A stretch of DNA of 32,262 bases from the NCBI RefSeq assembly GCF_001194135.2, contig NC_068986.1, positions 16,332,508 to 16,364,769 of the forward strand, read 5' to 3'. The notes below the pieces were generated by a model. That model was not told where the DNA came from, did not search any database, and saw nothing but the letters and a program-made list of their open reading frames with translations. Both the position numbers and the translations under genes were made by a program. Below, piece after piece: positions 24,216-32,262 of the stretch; position 1 is the first letter of the stretch, and every line of letters begins with the position of its first letter. This stretch comes from Octopus bimaculoides (taxonomy: Eukaryota).

Positions 24216-25193
24216 AGCAATGAATGCAATGGGTTGGATGTGGATAATATTGATAATTGCAATTTTGATGATGATCGCATTGATGACGACGACGACAATG
24301 ATGACGGTTATGNNNNNNNNNNNNNNNNNNNNNNNNNNNNNNNNNNNNNNNNNNNNNNNNNNNNNNNNNNNNNNNNNNNNNNNNNNNNNNNNNNNNNNNN
24401 NNNNNNNNNNNNNNNNNNNNNNNNNNNNNNNNNNNNNNNNNNNNNNNNNNNNNNNNNNNNNNNNNNNNNNNNNNNNNNNNNNNNNNNNNNNNNNNNNNNN
24501 NNNNNNNNNNNNNNNNNNNNNNNNNNNNNNNNNNNNNNNNNNNNNNNNNNNNNNNNNNNNNNNNNNNNNNNNNNNNNNNNNNNNNNNNNNNNNNNNNNNN
24601 NNNNNNNNNNNNNNNNNNNNNNNNNNNNNNNNNNNNNNNNNNNNNNNNNNNNNNNNNNNNNNNNNNNNNNNNNNNNNNNNNNNNNNNNNNNNNNNNNNNN
24701 NNNNNNNNNNNNNNNNNNNNNNNNNNNNNNNNNNNNNNNNNNNNATGATGATGACGATGATGACGACGATGGTTGTTACTGAAAACGGGGTTCAATGACA
24801 AGCGCTCCTCAGTACAGCAAAACGCATTAAAGAGAGAAAGGCTACGGCGGCTGAGGAAGCCTATCAGGGGATATGGAACGCGACGAGGACGTCGATTAGG
24901 GAGACGAAGACGACCATGTTGATAACGATCAGATGTCGCTGTGTGAGAAGGCGGGGTGGGAGCAAAATAGTGATGATAATACTTACGACACACGGAGGGG
25001 GGGGGGTTTCGATGAATGGTGATGACAAATACGATTGTGATGGTAAAGATAATCATACAAAGAACGACGATAATTGCTATTATTCTTAAGCAGATCAATA
25101 AATTAAAAGTATCAATCAAGAATCGTATCCTTTGAAAATCACTGATTCTTTCAATCCGAATTTTGTGGGAAGTGTGCAATTATACTACTACTG

Positions 25194-25250
<57 letters not shown>

Positions 25251-25403
25251 TTACAGCTGCTGCTGCTACCACCGCTACTACATTAACAGTAGCTGCCGCT
25301 ATTAATACTACTAGTACAACCACCACCAACACCACTACCTACTACAACACTCCTCCCCTCCTCCTCCTCCTACTAGTACTACTACTACTACTACTACTAC
25401 TAC

Positions 25404-25490
<87 letters not shown>

Positions 25491-25564
25491 TGATAATAAT
25501 AATGGTAATGATTACGATGGTGATAGTTATAACAATAATAGCAACAACGACAATGCTACTACTC

Positions 25565-25621
<57 letters not shown>

Positions 25622-25625
25622 ATAA
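23420..25625. repeat. Compound degenerate trinucleotide arrays (GAT/GAC, CCT, CTA, AAT) spanning a gap
   Basis: Visible arrays; they explain the poly-M/D/H/S/T/L/I ORFs. Confidence 0.9.
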
Positions 25626-25699
25626 ACATTTTTTTTTTGTTTTGATGTAAAAGATGGGCTTCGCTAAATATTCTGGTTAATACTAAAAATTTGGTTGTC

Positions 25700-25917
25700 A
25701 CTTGCCTGATCCTAAGCAGTTGAGGATGTCCCTTGGTTGCTGACGAATTGTGCATCTCTGATCCCGAACAGATGTAGTGAGGGAGTGTGACAGCCATGTG
25801 TTGAAAGGAATTCTTTGGGGTTTGGATAATTCACCTTTAGAAACATGAGTATTTCATTTATCATCCTTAAACAACCCTCATTCAGGGACCTTTTGAGCGG
25901 GATGGGCTCAAAAGGTC
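25700..25917 (+). mobile_element. Dispersed SINE-like repeat fragment ending in a perfect hairpin
   Basis: agccatgtgttgaaaggaattctttggggtttggataattcacct...catccttaaacaaccc..attcagggaccttttgagcgggatgggct resembles an octopus repeat from memory. There is no second copy in the window. Confidence 0.35.
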
Positions 25918-26139
25918 AGCAAAAACTGCTTCTTAGTTGGAAGGTCATGCACTGTTTATCTTGATATGTTGCGCATTTATTGTTCTGAAGAATTCGCTTT
26001 GTATATATTTTATCGGATGGGTACTTATTATGCTGGTTGTCATGATGTGTTTCGTATATTTCTACTCGCGCATAGCAATAATAATAATAATAATGATAAT
26101 AATAATAATAATAATAATAATCATAATAATAATAATAAT

Positions 26140-26575
26140 AAATTTATTTTTTGAACCAGTTGAAGACACACGGGATGTCGAAATATCGTTCACCAGATGA
26201 CAAATGGCACTCTTCTTTTAATTTTGACTCTATATCTTCAGGAGGAGTTACCTCAATCCTTTCTATATTAACCAAAATGAAGTAGATTGACAAATTTATT
26301 TTTTGAACCAGTTGAAGACACACGAGATGTCGAAATATCGTTCACCAGATAACAAATGGCACTCTTCTTTTAATTTTGACTCTATATCTTCAGGAGGAGT
26401 TACCTCAATCCTTTCTATATTAACCAAAATGAAGTAGATTGACAAATTTATTTTTTGAACCAGTTGAAGACACACGAGATGTCGAAATATCGTTCACCAG
26501 ATAACAAATGGCACTCTTCTTTTAATGTTGACTCTATATCTTCAGGAGGAGTTACCTCAATCCTTTCTATATTAA
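26140..26575. repeat. 152-bp tandem repeat, 2.87 copies
   Basis: Unit starts at 26140, 26292 and 26444; only three substitutions distinguish the copies. Confidence 0.95.
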
Positions 26576-26600
26576 TAATAATATTGTGCAGTTCTGCACA

Positions 26601-26720
26601 AGTGACCGATAGAATAAGTACTAGGCTTGCAAATAATAATATGTATTGGGGTCGATATATTCGACTAAAGGAAGCGCTCCAGCATGGCCGCAGTCAAATG
26701 ACTGAAACAAGTAAAAGAGT
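26601..26720 (+). mobile_element. SINE 3' fragment (family A-related core, different tail)
   Basis: ataagtact...tggggtcgatatattcgactaa...gctccagcatggccgcagtcaaatgactgaaacaagtaaaaga. Confidence 0.6.
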
Positions 26721-27299
26721 AACGTTGCCGATAGTCTTCGCTCCGATCGTTGCCCCGTTTTGCCAAGCCATCTTATCACTCTCTTCTCTTCCTCTGCTTT
26801 CACAATTTTGCTTGTTTTGATCTTAACAGACGCAGACTATTACATTTTATTTAGATCCCATTTGTTTACTACAGATTTAGACATAATATATTTGAAATTA
26901 AAATATGTCTTATACAGTTGGGACGTCGTTGATCACATTAAGTCTGCTCGATCCAGGAAATGCTAGAGTTAAACTACAACAACTCCACCCAAATGTGATT
27001 TCTTAGATTATTCATTGAACCGTTAACATCCTCAAAGTGTATCTCATTCTTCATGAGTAGGTTGACTATGAAGGATATTGACGCGAAGAAGAAAAATCGA
27101 AGTAAATGTGTCGAGATTATTAGATAAGTGTATGAGAAGAAAACATGCAAGAATGACATTTTGCATGGTAAAGAGACATTGTAATTGGTGGAGAACGATG
27201 TTATTGAAAATAGATATAGAGCAGAATAAAATGCAGTTTCATTAAACAGGAAGCACACGAAATACGAAGCGAAATATGTAGTAAATGAGAGAACATGTT

Positions 27300-28000
27300 G
27301 AAAGCAGAAAGATTGTATAGTACATGGAAGGAAGCCACACATGATATGAAAGATAAACTTCAAAAGATTTTATGAAAAAAGAAATTTAATTTAAGCTTTA
27401 TAAAGATAAAACTTCACAGGGCAGAAATCTTCAACTGCTAAGATTTAAAAATACAAAAACATCCATACTAAGCTACGATATGGATTTCTGGAAAATATGA
27501 AGGAATAAATTATTGGTGTAAGATTATGGAAGAAAATAATGGGGTTTTGGGAAATATATCATATATGTGGAGGTTATTATGAAAGACCAAAGATACAGTT
27601 CAGAATAACTGCTGTCGAGTTGTAAAATACTAGTTATAAATTATGAGCCGGAAATTACAATTTTAAACGGTGTGGCAATTCACTGATGCTCAGGTTCAGT
27701 AACTTAGACAAGGTGAGAAATTATTGAGAGAAATTTAGTGTGATCTAAAATTGGATTGGATAGATAAAAAACAGAGGAGAACATGGAAAATATACAGTTC
27801 AGAGGACTTGGATATTATATGAGCAAGACCACTATTATTGGCAGACAATATTTCATTTTAGTAAAGAATCCCTAATAGGCGCTCACGATTAAAGCTATAG
27901 CTCGACCACAGAAGAAAAAACGGCAACATTCATGAAAAATAGCGTGTGAAATTGAGCATGAAGCGTCACCTTGAGTTTGAGAAGTGTAAAAGCATAAGCG
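27300..28000 (+). pseudogene. Very decayed LINE RT fossil, tentative
   Basis: A-rich sense strand with traces LYKDK, RYGFLEN, DL..LDWIDKN and DLDII (DLGI-like) in RT order. Confidence 0.35.
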
Positions 28001-28934
28001 GCATAAATATTAACTATAGTAACAACTGCGAATGTTTCTTTCCTTGAGATGAAATATGGCTAAGAAGTGACATATTCTGTGGAAAAAAGAAAGACACGAG
28101 CATTTCAGGAAATAAATTGTGTAACCAGAAAAAAAATATTGGTAGATACGAGATCGAAATAATGTCAAAAATATTAGCACTGCGCAGAAAAGTCAAAGCA
28201 TTTAATTGTAAATATTTAAAAATAAAACAATGAAATGCTTATAAAATTATGAAATGTAAATTCCCGAATTTATTATTTTCAATGTGTTTCTAACAACCAA
28301 TTTTTTCATAACTCTACAGTACAGAAGATATTTACAGTCATCCTGGCCAATATATCGGTTGGCCACATCTCTGCGCATGAAATCTGATTGCGACGAAGTA
28401 TGTCTGGAATCAAAGCCTTTTTTTTTTTTATAAATTTAGTGTAACTGATACTTCAAATACAGATGAACTTCGGTTCTATAAAACCGGTATTGCTTTATGA
28501 GTACCATTTAGCTGTTATCTCCAGTAGAACCGAAAATATTGCAGAGACACACTCGACTTGATCAGTCCAGTTTGTGATGTAACCTCATATGTTGTCGTCC
28601 GCTTGCACCTTCTAGTCTTTATAATTCCAACAATAATTATAAGATTTTCACACATTATAAAGCGAATCTCAAGTTACTGAGAAAGTTATGTAAAGTTTAT
28701 TGGTAATTGGCATAGTCGATGCAGTGTTAGATATAAATTGGAATGTGTTAATAAATACTCTCCATTGTATAAGGGGACGATATAGCATATTGAAGTGTAA
28801 TAATTCTCACTTAGACAATCGAAACCTACACGACCAGCGAACTTATGCTGCATTTGATTGAATATACACACATGTAAATATGTGCGATGGCAGGTTTCTA
28901 TGCATAGAAATGTGTTGTGTGTGGATATATGTGT

Positions 28935-28935
28935 C

Positions 28936-28970
<35 letters not shown>

Positions 28971-28971
28971 T

Positions 28972-29025
<54 letters not shown>
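28935..29025. repeat. (GT)n(GA)n compound microsatellite
   Basis: Visible array. Confidence 0.95.
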
Positions 29026-29028
<3 letters not shown>

Positions 29029-29117
29029 GAATGAGACTGTGTATATATATGCGTGAGTGCTTTTGTTTGTGTGAGTGTTTTGTTTGTGTGAGTGAGGGAG
29101 TGAAAAAGAGACACAAC

Positions 29118-29262
29118 GTGGGCTGGTGGTTAAAGTGCAGAGTTCTTGATCAGAAATATGTAAGTTCGTTCCCTGGACGCTGTGGCCCGAATAACCCTGG
29201 GCAAGGCACAGTATTTCAGTTTGCCACAGCATATTGTTCGAAAATGAATTTCCATTCTGGTA
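29118..29262 (+). mobile_element. tRNA-derived SINE family C, diverged
   Basis: ggtggttaaagtg...gatcagaaatatgtaagttcgttccctgg...ccctgggcaaggcac...aaaatgaat is similar to 30200. Confidence 0.55.
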
Positions 29263-30199
29263 GAGTAGTAATCGTTTTCCCAAGCTGTCACTTCTCGTTA
29301 CACAGTCGGTTTAGGAAGGATGACCGAAGGGCCGTATCTATACCTGCACGTGACTTTATAGGCACCTTAAAGAATTTGCATAAACGTAGCACAAACTACC
29401 AGAACATACTCGTTTGCAAATGATGCCCGTCGTTATTTATACTTAACGGCAATTACATCGAATGCATCACATCCAGTGCATGACGCGAATCGAGGGCTGC
29501 AAATATATCCATGCGGAAGGTTGAGTTATTTTGGGATCTGCTCTTCCTCTGCTACCTAATCCATGAAATATGTCTCGCAGTTTTCAAACTCATTTGCTTT
29601 ACATTGTCTCTTCAGTTTCATATTTCAACATTTTCTTGTTTGATGAAATTATTATCTGTCAATAAATAATCTAATTTAACATTGACAATATAACAAGAAA
29701 AAAATAATAACAGTACGTTCTGGCAAATTGCTAGATAATGCAAAGCCCTTTTTCACTGGTTTGTTAAGGTGTTCAATACTTCAAGTTCTCTTTCAACACT
29801 TGGCGTGAAGATTTTATTTTGTAATACAGCGAAATGTCACACACTTTTGATGGTTTAACAAAAGGCTCTCCAGCATTTTATTTCACTACTGACCTCTACC
29901 TTCTTCCTCCTTCAAGATTTGACACAATAAAGTCATTCCCGAGTATTACACCGATTTATGTATACCTGAACAATATATACCACTCTGTGTACTTCTTAGA
30001 AATTGATATAACAGATTAGTACTTGCTTTATTTAGAGAGGAAGTGAGCATAGAAATGCTCCATTATGACATAAAGCCCTTAGACATGATTTATATTTTTG
30101 ATGGTTAAGGATGTGAGTTTAGATACAGAAAGTTTGAAATGCAGTTGGATTCTTGGCAAAATTTATTCCCAATGTGTCCCTAATAATACAATATGGTGT

Positions 30200-30435
30200 G
30201 GAGGTGCATGCCTTAGTAGTTAGGGTGTTGGGCCTATGTTCGTAAGATTGTATTTTCGATTCCTGGATCCGGTGATGCGTTGTATTCTTGAACAAAATAT
30301 TTCAATTCATGCTGTTCCGAACCATTCAGCTGATAAAAATGAATCATCCTGCGACGTACCGACGTCCCCTCTGGGAGGAATGTATAAGCCAGAGAAATTT
30401 AAGACCAGCCCTTTGCTCCTTACGGAGTAATGTGG
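30200..30435 (+). mobile_element. tRNA-derived SINE family C
   Basis: ggaggtgcatgccttagtagttagggtg (A-box-like), ttcgattcctgg (B-box-like), cattcagctgataaaaatgaa (CORE/Meta-like central domain). Confidence 0.75.
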
Positions 30436-30505
30436 ACTAATCTATATGTTGTCTCTACTCGAAGATTGAAATTACATAGTACAACCATTAATATCCTTCC
30501 CTTAC

Positions 30506-30522
30506 CATAATCCACGGCATGC
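30506..30522 (-). CDS. Candidate first coding exon or microexon (M-P-W-I-M | GTAAGG)
   Basis: Minus strand ttttgttccag|GCATGCCGTGGATTATG|gtaagg, about 100 bp downstream of a CCAAT/ETS cluster. No homology support. Confidence 0.25.
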
Positions 30523-30616
30523 CTGGAACAAAATCTCAAATTCCTGGACCGAAAAACATTCGGCAGTCTTTCGGTCCAGGTATGAATTTTGTCAGCGTCT
30601 TTGAAACAAACATCCT

Positions 30617-30693
30617 CACTTCCGTTGTGTCCAAGCTTCAGTGCGCACAGCCAATGAGAAGAATAAGCGGAATTGGTCTTGATTTTTGATTGG
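30617..30693. promoter_or_regulatory. Candidate promoter motif cluster (ETS, palindromic GTGCGCAC, three CCAAT boxes)
   Basis: CACTTCCG 30617-30624, GTGCGCAC 30641-30648, CCAAT 30651-30655, ATTGG 30672-30676 and 30689-30693, all within 77 bp of non-repetitive DNA. Confidence 0.4.
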
Positions 30694-31901
30694 CTTGGGT
30701 ACGATGTCTGTCACTAATTATCTTTCAGATGTGTTATCGGCAATTAAGAGACACAGAATTGAGGAAGGAATGGGGATGTTTACTTTTTCCACATTTTCTG
30801 ATACCTACCAAAAAAAAAAATGGCTTGCCGAATAAAATGCTTCATTTCCTTGTGATATTCACGCGTTTGTAAATGTAACCTTTTTTGTCTCTTTTACAAT
30901 ATCTCATCTGTGATACAAAAAATACAACTAACAATCATGGTGCAATGTGGAATTAGTTGCTGTGCTATATTACTAGTTACATATGTAGGAAATATTAGGG
31001 CTCACAAACATAATATGATCGCACTCAAACCAGATTATATCAACTGATTAGTTGGAAGAGCTTGATGGCACAAGACACTATATACATGTTGATTAGATGG
31101 GCTGAAAAGATAATTAGGTAATGTCACATCATATGATTCCTTAATGTTAAGAGCTAATGAAGCAAATTATAGACAATTGACCTAAACCTGATGGTTCATA
31201 AAATTACGCAAACATCTGAATTGATGCATGTGCGTGCAAATCGTTAATAATTATAACTCAACGGAAATTCATCAGAGCTAACATTATAAATTACGGAGAA
31301 GATTTATCGTAACCAATAGGCTGTGTTTTCGGGCAATTAACTCCTATTCGGAGTGTAAATTGACAATAACGTTGACACTTGATTTACAAAGGAAGTTGAA
31401 AAGTGGAGAATATTGTTACAGTTAAAAAATTCTGATTGATGAATCGAATCAGGGAACTGTCCGGAGATGATTTGATAAGGGACAAAGGCGAATGTCGTGA
31501 AGTGAAACGTTATGAGAATGTTTGCTCGTGCAAGTAATTTAACGAGAAGAAATACAAACAAAATATATAGAGAATGAAACACATATAACAATACGCATGA
31601 GTATGTGGTCGGTTTGGCTTGTAAGGGCGTGTTATCGTATGAAAATATGAAATACAAGTTGGGCGTAAAACGAACGAACCTGATAACCACGACAAAATGT
31701 AAGAATATTAAAATTAACTCAGAGATATGATTATAAAGAGAAAAGATTTATTAAACTTGTCCAACAAGAATTTCTTGTTGTTCATGAAGACTACATGAAA
31801 ATTACCGACAGTGCTTTCATCGCCAACATTATCACAACAATCCTAATTAGTGACATATTCATCGCGCACGTTGTCGTCATCATCATCATCATTATCATCG
31901 A

Positions 31902-31937
<36 letters not shown>

Positions 31938-32159
31938 ACCTGCATTACTACAACCAAAACCAATACGACCAGAACACTGGAAGCATCATGAGTACCACCA
32001 CAGCCAACACAACCACTACCACCTCCACCACAATCATCATCATCGTCATCAACATCATCATCATCAGCATCAACGACAAGACCTGCATTACTACCACCAA
32101 AAGCAATACGACCAAAACACCCGAAGCAGCATGAGTACCACTACACCCAACACAACCAC
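31938..32159. repeat. Two 79-bp direct repeats (period 143 bp) in CAC/CAT low-complexity DNA
   Basis: 31938-32016 vs 32081-32159, 71/79 identical by manual count. Confidence 0.85.
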
Positions 32160-32219
32160 CACAACAACGACCACCAACACCACCACCACCACCACCACCA
32201 CCAATATATATATACATAC

Positions 32220-32262
<43 letters not shown>

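Noticed and set aside
23455-25645. His-, Asp-, Met- and Thr-rich ORFs
   Set aside because: Translations of degenerate trinucleotide arrays; open in several frames on both strands.
26140-26575. CRISPR-like array
   Set aside because: Whole units are repeated with no unique spacers, the context is eukaryotic and there are no cas genes.
28469-28534. 10-bp inverted repeat TTCGGTTCTA/TAGAACCGAA
   Set aside because: Short, 46-nt spacer, no TSD or second copy; compatible with chance.

Overview
AT-rich, repeat-saturated eukaryotic scaffold with 11 N-gaps (about 4.5 kb, 14%), each flanked by simple repeats. The SINE families look like those I recall from Octopus genomes; this taxon call is an inference from memory, not a search. 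No intact protein-coding gene or true tRNA gene can be supported, and the long ORFs in the track are gap or microsatellite artefacts or lie antisense to decayed retroelements. The window holds several fossil non-LTR reverse transcriptases (CR1/L2-like on both strands, one possibly R4/Dong-like), a Penelope-like GIY-YIG endonuclease fossil, an internally deleted RTE-like element and over a dozen tRNA-derived SINE copies. The most interesting signal is a set of minimal type-I hammerhead ribozyme (HHR) motifs. Two sit in the tails of a tRNA-headed SINE whose copies form a head-to-head ~580-bp fold-back, bounded by one 9-bp direct repeat inside an older LINE. A third, unrelated HHR motif follows two tandem perfect hairpins near the Penelope-like fossil. 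A CCAAT/ETS-rich candidate promoter with a possible minus-strand first exon lies near 30.5-30.7 kb.
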